62,815 bases of DNA from Coniocarpon cinnabarinum. Taxonomy: Eukaryota. The position numbers were made by a program, and so were the translations under genes. The notes under the pieces were generated by a model. It saw only the letters and a program-made list of their open reading frames with translations, ran no database searches and was not told where the DNA came from. The stretch covers positions 1 to 62,815 of the forward strand of contig JAVECO010000140.1 in NCBI GenBank assembly GCA_051942205.1. The letters run 5' to 3'. Each line of letters opens with the position of its first letter. Position 1 is the stretch's first letter. Positions 1 through 10,770 of the stretch are shown piece after piece.

Positions 1-453
1 CCCCTCTCCCCCCCACCATGTCACCCCGGTCACTCACCCTCGGCCAGCGCTTGCTCGTACATCTGCGAGGGCGCTGCAGGACCGAGGGCCCCTCTACATG
101 GGTCGTGCGTATCCACTTGGGGTTGCGATTCGCCGGCACGCTGGGTGGTGACTCCTCTCGCGCTCAAAACAGGCAAGACGACCTGAAACTCCACGGCCGC
201 AATTTGACGTCGCAGATTGCCTTCCCGCCTTCTGCTTCCATCTCGTGCCCCAGTGGCGAGCGCACTGGCCCTTGACTCGCCCTACCTCCGCCCGCCGCGG
301 TCAAGTCCCGGAGCTTGAATGCTCCGCTTTGGGCTCTGAGATTATCTCATTCCACCTTGGGTGTTTCGAGCTCGTCGAACGTCGCGCAGGCACAAGGAAC
401 AAGTCTTTCAAGTCGCCTCGTTCCCCATGATACCCTCATGACGGTTGATTAGC

Positions 454-3400
454 ATGCACCTCCCTCCCGAGCACGTTCGCTGGTTCTCGAGAGGTCCATC
501 ACCACCGCGTGGTTGTGGAAAGCGTCTAATTCCTCACCTGGTCGATGATAGAGCCAAAGCCAGCCACCCGAGACCTCTCTTTTCCATCCATGTGCCCGCC
601 AGTAATACCTTCAGAGATGTCTCTTACGCCGAATATGCGAATGCTGTCAATCGTGCAGCTCACTGGATCATTTCCGGTGTTGGCCGCTCCACGCGCTTCG
701 ACACGCTGGTGTACCTGGGACCCAGCGATCTGAGGTACCAGATTCTGACGCTCGCGTCGCATAAGACAGGCCACGTGGTGAGCAAAATCGCATACTGTTC
801 GCAATGCTCGGAGCGACCTCGCTGACAATTGCACCAGCTGTTTGCGCCCTCCCCGAGGAATAACTCAGATGCCTTTCAATCATTGCTGGACGAGTGCGAT
901 GCCACCACGTTCCTCACGGCTGCAAGCACCTTGCCGACAGTGACGCCAATCGGCCAACTCCGACCAGGGCTGTCGGTCATCACAGTGCCCGAGTTGGACG
1001 AACTGCTGGACAAGCAGCCCGTCGAACCGATACACTTCGACAAAACTTGGGAGGAAGCTCGATTTGATCCTTTCGTGCAGATTCACACTTCAGGCTCGAC
1101 GGGCACGCCCAAGTTGATCACAGTCAAGCATGGCAACTTTACTGCCGTTGACGCTATGCAAGCAGTGGGAGGCAATGAATTAGGAGCTCGCATAGGCGAG
1201 TTAAGATTCGGGTGCACATTTCCCTTGTTTCACGTGGCAGGCTTCATATACGGTCTAGCCATTCCCATGCTTTTGGACAGCACGTCTATCTTACCCCCAG
1301 CCGGACCGCTGACCGCAGAAGTTGCTAATCACTTGCACGTGGCCGCGAACGCCGATTACAGTCTACTTCCTCCTTCCATTGTGATAGATCTCGCCAAAAA
1401 CGAGGAATATCTCGATACATTAAGCAGAATGAAAGGCATTGCATTTGCTGGTGGACCGCTGCCGGAGGACATTGGTCGCATCATTTCGCAACACACTGAT
1501 CTTGCTATGGGATGGGGCACAAGTGAGTACCAAGCCGCACCTCAGCTGAGAAAAGAAAAGGAAGACTGGGCGTACTTCCATTTCAACGAGCTAGAAGGAG
1601 GCCTTGAATTCCGTGAGCGCGAGGAGGGTCTATTTGAGATGGTGCATGTGCGCAATGCTGAACTTGACCTCGTCCAGCCTGTGTTTATCACGTTTCCTCA
1701 TCTGCAAGAGTTCTGTACCAAAGACTTGTTCATCAAGCATCCGACAAAACCTGGCTTGTGGAAGTACGGATCACGATTGGATGACTTGATCGTGTTCAGC
1801 AACGGCGAAAAGTTCAACCCCACGACCATGGAGGGTGCTATCATGAGCGCGCCTGACGTCAAAGGCTGTGTCATCATCGGCCAGGGAAGGTTTCAAGCAT
1901 GTGCTCTGATTGAGCCGAAAGACACCTCTCAACCACCTGATCAACTTCTCGATCGGGTGTGGCCCGTCATCCAACGGGCAAATGAACATGCCGTCAAGCA
2001 AGGTCGAATTGCCAAAGAGTTGGTATTCTTTACCAAACCTGAGAAACCCCTTGCTCGTGCAGCCAAGGGTACTATTCAGCGAGCTGCCAGCAACAAGCTC
2101 TACGCAGAGGAGGTCAACCGAGTATACGAGTCGATGGAGAACGGTCGATCACGCGACCCAAATGGTCGCAAACCGTCCACGAAGCACCTCGCTATCATCG
2201 ATCTCTCATCACCTGAGGCCACAGTATCGTCTCTGACGAGATTTCTCGCTGGCGAGGCAGACTTACACGTCAGCGACATGGCTGATGATTTCTTCAGCAT
2301 GGGCATGGACTCTCTCCAATTGATCAGCCTGGTTCGAGCAATTAACGCTGCTCGTCCGAGCCAGCCTCTCGATACCAAGCACGTATATGAACACCCTTCC
2401 ATCCAGCAGCTGTCGGCGTTCCTCCATTCGGACGACGTGACGGAATCATTCCAAGGATACGATTCTGACGATGAAGACATGAAAGCCTCCTGGGTGGCAA
2501 TGGACCAGACATTTAACGACTACACAAAACAAGTCGACAACGCACATGGCAAACGCTCGAGCCGGCGCGAATTTGTGCATTCTTCCAACGCTGGTCCAAT
2601 CTTCCAGCCCGATGGCGGTCTCACTGCGTGGCTGCAGGTACTTGCTTCCTTCCTCATCAACATCAACAACTGGGGTCTGGTGAACACTTTTGGGGTCTTC
2701 CAAGCCTATTACGAGACCACGCTCATCCCCGGACAATCTGTATTCGACATATCCTGGGTAGGGACACTACAGGGAGCGCTACTCCTGACTGTCGGTGTCA
2801 TATCAGGACCCCTGTTTGATCTTGGATACTTCAGGGCCATTGTGATCGCTGCGAGTACCGGTGTCGTATTCGCGTTGATGATGCTCAGCTTGGCTACGGA
2901 ATATTACCAAATCTTGCTGTCCCAAGGCGTGCTCCTCGGCATCTGCTCGGGTTTGCTGTACATTCCGAGTGTAGCCCTTATGCCTGTGTATTTCAAACAT
3001 CGGAGGGGCCTTGCATTGGGTGTTGCGACCTGTGGCGGCTCTATCGGAGGGGTACTGTATCCCATCGCTTTTCAGCACCTTCTTCAATCCGTCGGATTTG
3101 GATGGGCAACAAGAATCATTGGTTTCGTCGCCCTTGGCACACTGGGTTGCGCTGTCATCATTCTTAAACCTCTCGGACCAAGAACTCGGCGCCAGCTTGT
3201 TGATGTGCGTGCATTCACCGACGTCAGCTATCTGGCATTCTCATCTGCGGCGTTCCTGGTCTTTGCTGCGCTGCTGGTGCCCTTCTTCCTCGCGCCAACG
3301 TTTGACACGCAGCAACTGCATACAACCAGTGACATTAAGAATTACTGGCTTCCACTTCTCAACGTCGGCCAATTCTTTGGACGACTTCTGCCCTCGATCT

Positions 3401-4020
3401 ACAGCGATTATAACCACCGCTTTATGGGTCCCGAGGGGCTCATGTTCTTTGCTGAGTTCGCGGCAGGTGCTATGGGCTTTGCCTGGCTCGGCGTGAAGAG
3501 CGTGGGCGGCTTCGTCCCGTGGCTCCTCATATACGGATTCCTCTCTGGCATGATAACGACCCTCCCGGCGATCGTTCTCCCATTCATATGCCCAAATATG
3601 GCAACCTATGGCACTCGTTTGGGTATGTTATACGCATGCGCTGGAGTTGGCCTGCTGGTTTCGACGCCTATTGCAGCGGCGCTTAACACGAGAACCGGCA
3701 ATTTCCACGGCTCTATGTACTGGATCGGTGCTGCGTGCGTAGCAGCCGCCTTGTCATTCGCGATTGCGGGCTGGGACGCGAGAAAACGACGTTTGTTATT
3801 CGAGATGGGCGACCGAAGAGGCAAAGCGAGGAGAACGCGGAGAGCGAGACGAGCCGAAAGGACGTCCTGGTATGGAGGTTCGAACGCGGAGAAGCGACTC
3901 AGTGGGCGTATCAGCGCCGTGGGCAACCGCAACAGCTGGATGCAACACGGTAACAACCGCGCCAGTTGGGGCCCGGCGAGCAACCGAAACAGCTGGACGC
4001 AGAAGCCCACAGCGGTGTGA
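454..4020 (+). CDS. NRPS-like adenylation + carrier (A-T) didomain fused in frame to a 12-TM MFS monocarboxylate/Mch-family transporter (~1168 aa; exons 454-777, 838-4020)
   Basis: Intron 778-837 (GTGAGC..GCTGAC..CAG, phase 0) joins the two ORFs. A motifs: HTSGSTGTPK, WGTSE, TKDLF, SRLDDLIVFSNGEK, AKGTIQR. Carrier motif DFFSMGMDSL (Ser codon 2311-2313). MFS begins PDGGLTAWLQV...WGLVNTFGVFQAYY (2608) and has about 12 hydrophobic segments. No stop between the domains. Confidence 0.9.
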
Positions 4021-4685
4021 CGAGCGCAGGATAGTGACATGGCAGATCCAAAAAGCATCCTAATGATATAGTAATGACCTCGATGAGATACCCAATGAAG
4101 CTACTAAATCAAGTCAACCGCACTCGAGCCCTAACCTCGTTCAAACGTTGGTACCTTATTTAACACTTCATCAGAGCTTCTGCATGATCAGTGCTGAGTC
4201 TCTTCAAGCCTTTGCCCACGTGTCTGTAGCTTGAGGCTTTATGTGTTCGTCCGCAAGAAGTTCTGCATTGAGATATCGCACGCTAGGTTGAGCCTTCCTA
4301 AAAGGGTGTCTGCGTGATCAAAGCGTGACCCAAAGCCGTCGAGCGTTCCCTCGCAGCTTAAAGACATCTCGCAACAACACTGTCAGGCACACGGACCCTC
4401 ATCAAAAAGTGCGAAGAGTGCGGTTTCACCAAGCGCTGTCAGCAACACGGTAGCCGCGCGTCACGACAAAGTCTAAAGTCGTCACACTGGTGCCTCACCA
4501 TGGGCAATATCGAGTCGCCGTCTCGCTGTCGGATAGCTTTGCTCAGCTGCATGCGTTGTGGGGAGGGAGCCACCTTGAATCAGAGCGGCAATCCAGCATG
4601 ATTCCATGGAGGATCTGAAACGAGAGCGTGGTTCCCACAGCGGGCGATCAACGGTTATCCGCATGACGCAGGAGGCAGACGGGAT

Positions 4686-4790
4686 GAGGGAACGAGGGAA
4701 CGAGGGAACAGGCTGATGGCCCCCACGCCCGCCGGGATGGGCGTCACAGGCGCCCGAGAGAGAGGAAGGGAGCAAGGGAGCAAGGGAGCA
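4686..4790 (+). repeat. Two purine-rich octamer tandem arrays, (GAGGGAAC)x3 and (AGGGAGCA)x3
   Basis: Read directly at 4686-4709 and 4767-4790, upstream of the reductase gene's TATA-like box. Confidence 0.8.
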
Positions 4791-4931
4791 GAGAGGAGCA
4801 AATTACGGCATGGGAACGAGAGCTGGCAGAAAGAAATCCCTGTCGGGTTGCGGGCCCACGGGTGAGCGAGCGCTCCACGACGGCAACTCCAACGTTTAGT
4901 ACCCGCGTCTGCGCCTGTCCTCGAGCATCCG

Positions 4932-4940
4932 ATTATATAC
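4932..4940 (+). promoter_or_regulatory. Putative TATA box of the stand-alone reductase gene
   Basis: ATTATATAC followed by a C/A-rich leader. A probable 5'UTR intron runs from GTATGA at ~5288 to GTTGACAG at ~5440. Confidence 0.4.
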
Positions 4941-5493
4941 CCAGCTACTGTACCCGTCTGGCACTGACGGCCGGCCGGTGTCGACTCTGCTCGTCCTCTT
5001 GTCGACAACTGTTATCACTCACATCTACCTGCAACCACGACTCCCGGAGCATCCCCGAGACTCTTCTCACTACGCAGCGTCCAACCAATCTGGACCGAGC
5101 ACTGTCCTCTCATCCAACGAACCCATCTCGAGCCGTCCTGTAGAGGGATTCACTTACTCACACTAGACCGTCTCGGTACTACAACTACTGCCACAAGCAG
5201 TCACAACCACAGAACGTTACCTCAATCTCTACGCTTCCCCACTTGTGGCTACGCAGCTACATTGAGGCGATCAGCACATCAGCCCACGTATGAGGGCCGT
5301 CCTCCTGCATCTCTCATAGGACAGCAACCCTCGACCTCCGCCGCGCTAACTACGCCTCGCATGCCCCAAATTAACCACGAATTGCCTTCGTTCAGACGCT
5401 CCACCCCGTTGCGCTAACCCGAGCCCGAGCTGGTTGACAGTCCACACCTCACCCTAGCATTCGCTTGCTCGGGAGTGGTGCTTGGCCGTACTT

Positions 5494-6981
5494 ATGCGTG
5501 GATCTTCCCGTAGGCATAGCAGACCGATGGGCTTACCCATCTTTTCCCATGCCGAGCATACCCATGGAAACCAATTGACCGTTGACCGACGCAGTTTGAT
5601 GGTCCCAATGAGCCCCTCCATACGAGACAGTGCGGAGGTCTCATCGTCTCTGCCTCCAGACCCCTCGGCCCAACGAACCTTGATTCTCACTGGATCCACG
5701 GGCAATTTGGGCTCGCATGTCCTCGACAATGTCTTGCATGACCCCACCATCCGCAAGGTCTATTGCCTCAATCGCTCGGCCAATGCGCGAGAACGTCAGT
5801 TTCAAAACCAAGCTGCACGCGGATTCAGCACCGCGCCCCTCAACGACAAGGTCGAGTTCATCACTGCGGACTTCGGCGCTCCCAACTTTGGATTAAGTCA
5901 GGATGTCTACGACAAACTCAGACAGGAGGCCGACGTGGTCCTTCACAACGCGTGGCCCGTCGACTTCAACAGGTCCTTCCAGTCATTTGCGTCTAGCATC
6001 GATGGCGTCAAGTCACTCATCAACTTCGCAACACCGGATGTGCCGAACTCGACAAATGCAAGATCGCGCATCTCAACAACCACCAGACGTTCTTTGAGCC
6101 GCACGCGCAAGCCCAAATCAGCATCACCGCCGAGTTCTTCGCATTCATCCAACGACGACAAACGCATTCGCTTGCTATTCATTTCGAGTATTGGCGTCGC
6201 CTCAGCGTGGTCGTCTTCAGCGCCCACTTCGCGAGCCAAGATCCCCGAAGAGGAGCTCACAGAATGGAAGATTGCGCGGACAGGTTACGGCCAGTCCAAG
6301 TTGGTGTGCGAGCGACTCCTGGCTCACGCAAGTCGGTCAATTGGTATTCCAACGAGTATTGTGCGGGTGGGTCAACTCGCAGGGCCCGTCACTGAACCAT
6401 CGAGGAGCAGAAGCTTTTGGCCGCGTCAGGAGTGGTTTCCGAGCATGATTCTGAGCTGTCGTGCATTGGGCGCCTTGCCGAGCGATTTAGGTCCCGCGGA
6501 AAGCGTGGACTGGGTTCCTGTCGACACGTGTGCGGAAGTCATCAGCGACCTGGTCACTGAGCTCGCATCACGCAGTTCGTCGCCTGAGCCAGTTCCGTCA
6601 GCAAAACGAGACGAGACCGCTCGTTTCTTTCACATCACCAACCCTCGACCTGTTACTTACAGCTCTCTCCTGCCGACATTATCGTCCTATTTCCCGCCTT
6701 CAATGCGCGTCATTAAGTTTACAGAGTGGGTGGAACGACTCGCGGATCGCAGAGATGACATCCGCAATGTGCCCGCCGGCAAATTGTACGACTGGTTTGA
6801 TAACCTTCGAGACAAGTCAATCCGCTTCCCAGATGCGCGAAGTCCTGTCTATGAGACGAAAGGGACCGTCGCTGCGAGCTTGAGTCTGAGGGACCTGCAG
6901 GCAGTCGCCTCCGACTGGATGGACATCTGGATGCTGCAGTGGGGCTTCGAGAAGAAGACAATGAGATTCGAAGCGCGATAA
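5494..6981 (+). CDS. Stand-alone thioester reductase (NRPS terminal R / NAD_binding_4 extended SDR)
   Basis: LILTGSTGNLG Rossmann motif, YCLNRS, HNAWPVDF, FISSIG, catalytic YGQSK, RVGQLAG, W..QEWFP, DWVPVD. First ATG is 5494; 5527 and ~5599 are alternatives. Confidence 0.88.
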   Translation: MRGSSRRHSRPMGLPIFSHAEHTHGNQLTVDRRSLMVPMSPSIRDSAEVSSSLPPDPSAQRTLILTGSTGNLGSHVLDNVLHDPTIRKVYCLNRSANARERQFQNQAARGFSTAPLNDKVEFITADFGAPNFGLSQDVYDKLRQEADVVLHNAWPVDFNRSFQSFASSIDGVKSLINFATPDVPNSTNARSRISTTTRRSLSRTRKPKSASPPSSSHSSNDDKRIRLLFISSIGVASAWSSSAPTSRAKIPEEELTEWKIARTGYGQSKLVCERLLAHASRSIGIPTSIVRVGQLAGPVTEPSRSRSFWPRQEWFPSMILSCRALGALPSDLGPAESVDWVPVDTCAEVISDLVTELASRSSSPEPVPSAKRDETARFFHITNPRPVTYSSLLPTLSSYFPPSMRVIKFTEWVERLADRRDDIRNVPAGKLYDWFDNLRDKSIRFPDARSPVYETKGTVAASLSLRDLQAVASDWMDIWMLQWGFEKKTMRFEAR

Positions 6982-8013
6982 CTTTGATAGTTCAACAGCA
7001 TAGCACGGCGTTGGCAAACTGTGGATGGAAAAGTTGTGTAATATGGCGATGTACGATAGCATCACAGGCATTGCACAAGGTAGTTCTACCCGTATACACA
7101 TGGATAATGGAGGTGTGTCGCGCAAAGCAACGCGCTCACAATCACTCGTGATTTTGTTTTGCTCGTTCGTCAGGAATCGTTGAGGGCATTGGTCGTCCAG
7201 AGACAAACCGACGTCCCAGTTGACTGACCAGGTGGAACACTTGACTGAAGACACAAACCACCCTGCCAAAATTCATGCTTGATTTTCCATTGAAGACTTG
7301 GGCAGCACGTGACTGGGCGTTTCACGACACTGGCATCCTCTGCCGTACTCCATGGCAACTTAATCTATGTCAAATCGCTGTGTCTGAGCGAGACCGGTGG
7401 CGAATGGGTCCCCTGCCGTGATGCCAACGTGCATGATGGAATCAAAGATGAGTGACGTAGAGATGGCCGGCAAGCGCATTCGTCATTGCCAGAAGGGGGC
7501 ATGCGTGACGCCATTGCGCCGGGCAACAGCCGGCATGCGGGCGTGCAGCAGGGTCGACCGAACCCTAGACAGCCAATCGTGGACGGTGGTGGGAAAACGC
7601 TTGCGCGGAACGAGTCGTCAGCCCAAAGCGAGCGTTAGGCGTGCCAGAAGCCCCTTGTTTGTCCTCACCTACGCCACCACCACCACCACCACCTTTTCCG
7701 ATCCATCTCTCCTCTGCCCACCTCACTCCTTGGCACTTCATCCAATCTTCCATTCTCGACGCTCGCTCCTCATCTCTCGCTCGACTCGTCTGCCATATAT
7801 CGACCCTCGTTCTCACACTTACTTGAAGCGTGTCCCCTGCGCCCTCTTTTTTCCTTGCACGCGCCATTTCCTGCATCGCAAGGGGGCGGCTATGCGCGCA
7901 TAAATGACGCCCACCCTTGCCCTCCTCTGAATCTTCACCAAGCACTTGGCTAAGGCCGTGGACGTGAGCCTTGCTCACTCTTCGTATCAACCTCGCATCA
8001 TCTCCACAGCACA

Positions 8014-9641
8014 ATGGGCTTCTCAGCTCGGAGGCGCGCATGCGCCGTCGCATTGTCCAATGTCCTCCTCGCACACGCCCTCACGGTCAATCCCGGCGAT
8101 CCTGGTACGACCATTCAGACTCCCTATTGCCATGAAGGTGTCATCTGGCTGACACAGACATTATAGGATCCGTGAAACCTGTAGCCTCCCAAATCGCATT
8201 CAACATGATGACCCAATATCAGGGCAATATCTCAGGAAACACGCCCGGCATTCTCCCAAACCTTGGTCAAATACCGAACGGTACGTGGAGAGGCATGATT
8301 GAAGGGGATCTGCATTAGAGAGGGACTCAGAATACTGATAGTGATTCAATAGGCTACTTCTGGTGGGAAGGTGGCGAGATGTTTGCAGCCATGATCGATT
8401 ACTGGGTATACACCGGCGACACAACATACAATGACGTGACGGCCATGGCTTTGGCATTCCAAGGTGGTGACAACAAAGATTTCTTCCCTCAAAATCAGAC
8501 ATTCGATGAAGGAAATGACGATCAAGCTTTTTGGGCAATGGCGGCCCTGACCGCAGCAGAGAGCAAGTTCCAAGATCCCCCCAAAACCACCATAAACAGT
8601 GGTCTGTCGTGGGTTGGTCTTGCGCAGGCAGTGTTCAATCAGCAGTGGGAGGCCGTGGACAATAAGACATGTGGTGGGGGTCTCCGATGGGCCAAGTCGT
8701 TCTCTGGAACCGGTTGGGACCAGAAAACGTCTATTACCAATTTCGGATTTGGCAATGTTGCTGCACGACTAGGTACGTTGCGCTGCCCTTTGTATTGACT
8801 GTCACCTTCACAGTCAATATTACAACAACGTGTACTGACACACATATCACTTGCAGGCCTCTATCTCGGTAACCAGACCTACCTCGACGCCGCAGAATGG
8901 ATCTACGACTGGGCCAAAGACCACGGCCTCGTGGACCCCCAGAACGGCAACATCTACGACGGTGTGTCCGTCGGCGATAACTGCTCGTCGGTCTCCCACT
9001 GGCAATGGTCTTACAACCAGGGCACCGCTCTCCAAATGACCGCGGCGTTGTGGAACGCGACATCCGATCAGAAGTGGAAGGACGAGACTAACCTGATCGC
9101 CAAGGGCGTGGGCTACTTTTTCAAGAACGGCATCGCGTACGAGCCCAACTGCGAGGATCAGCCCCAAGGATCTCAGGCGGCGTGCACGATGGATCAGAAA
9201 AGTTTCAAAAACGTGCTCATCAAGGCTATGGCGACGGCGAGTAAATGGGCACCGTGGACCGATAGCACGTTCTCGCCTCTTCTGGCGTCTTCGGCCACCG
9301 CAGCGGCAACGGCATGTCAGTGCGGCACCGGGACGCAATGTCCCCTGCGCTGGACCGAGGACCCGTCGACTGATTGCAACGGCGACTACGGCATCGGACA
9401 GCACATGGACGCCCTCGAGGCCGTCATCAGCACGCTCAACCCAATTGTCAGTGGTCCGGTGACTCAAAATGAAGGAGGCATCAGCAAGAGCGATCCCAAT
9501 GCCGGTAGCGGTCCTGAAAGTCCTGAAGAGCTGGCGGCCACTCGCCCATTGACGGGTGGTGACAAGGCGGGTGCAGCGATTCTTACGATATTGGCGACGG
9601 GCACTTGGTTAGCTGGATGCGTGTTTTTGCTGTTGCCATGA
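8014..9641 (+). CDS. DFG5: GH76 GPI-anchored mannan endo-1,6-alpha-mannosidase / transglycosylase (Dfg5/Dcw1 family), 4 exons
   Basis: Introns 8105-8166, 8281-8352, 8773-8856. Motifs YFWWEGG, GNDDQAFW, CGGGLRW, WSYNQG, DQKSFK. Signal peptide and C-terminal GDKAGAAILT hydrophobic GPI tail. DFG5 vs DCW1 cannot be distinguished. Confidence 0.9.
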
Positions 9642-10770
9642 GTCGATTTCCACTGGCTTTAGAGTTGTTTTGGTGAGAGGTCAGCGCGGTGCTAGAAGAG
9701 CAGGAGCGAAATGCAATAGCGAAGTGCAAGAGCTTTGAAGATTCCAGAGGGCAATGCAATGCCTGCTGCTATGAATGACTATGGTGTTGAGGATGGACTG
9801 GGCATGATTGTATAGGTAGGCTATGGAGGAACGGGTGGCCTCGCAATAACGTAATGTGAATAAGATTTTTTTTCTTCGTCGCCACAATGAGCATATGATG
9901 CCCGTGACTTGGATATCGTGGACAGGGGTGGTAGGACTGTTCGTGATTGTCTGCAGATGTGCTTATATCAATGGTTTTACCTGAGGGTATTTCAGCGTGT
10001 GCTTGCTCAACGTTTCATGTCTGTATTGGTAGGTTGTGCGCTCGTATAGAAGCTGAAGCGGAGTCTTACTTGCACATGCAAAACAATCTTTTCACCACAA
10101 AGCGCAGCTGCAACGCAGCAATTCCTATCAGTAAATATCAGTATCTTAATAAAATTTTACAAGACGTTATACACAAGTCTGAACATCAAATATCCATGCT
10201 TGCTCTCCTGAGGCCCAACCTTACTTGAACGACTATCTTGATTATAATTTGGTCTCTTAAATAGGAATCAGGATGATTGCTTGAAAGCTTCTTGAAGATT
10301 ATACAGCCGAGTGCTCACGATAGACATGGACGCGCCTCAGTCTCAACAACTTCTGGAGCTCTTGCTCAGACAACTTAAAAAAAATGAGTGCTGATGAGCA
10401 TCTGGGATTTGAATAATCAGAGCGGCGTCGTCGGCTTTCATATGGCGGTATCAATGGAGAGGGAAAGTCGACAGCTGATCCGATTGTGTCTGCTGCACTT
10501 TGAGCTGCCACGGAACTTTCGCGTACTTGAAGATATGGACGACTGGTTCTTGTAGACTTTCCCAACTAGGAGTCTGCTACGAGTGCATCACAAGCACTGG
10601 ACTTCTCAAAGAGACATTCGAATCAACTTGATCAAGTGGGAGTCGCAGCTTGCGACTCAGGAGCCGCATATATGTTTGGACCATCTAAGCCCGTAGGTAT
10701 TTGGAGTTTACTGCTATTTGTCTCTGACAAGATCTTTCCCAACCTCGCATTGGATTTGCCAATCTGCTGA

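Noticed and set aside
2520..5660. Alternative splice skipping the MFS to make a canonical A-T-R protein
   Set aside because: No convincing GTRAGY-type donor at the T/MFS boundary. A 3-kb intron is atypical here, and the reductase seems to have its own promoter. Not fully excluded without RNA data.
7676..7693. (CCA)n microsatellite, and the (CT)n tract near 41265
   Set aside because: Ordinary simple repeats in promoter or leader DNA.
8014..9641. GH76 gene as part of the NRPS-like cluster
   Set aside because: Dfg5/Dcw1 is a conserved cell-wall housekeeping gene; nothing links it functionally.
10626..10658. Palindrome ACTTGATCAAGT and hairpin GAGTCGCA-gct-TGCGACTC
   Set aside because: Short, isolated and compatible with chance; no element context.
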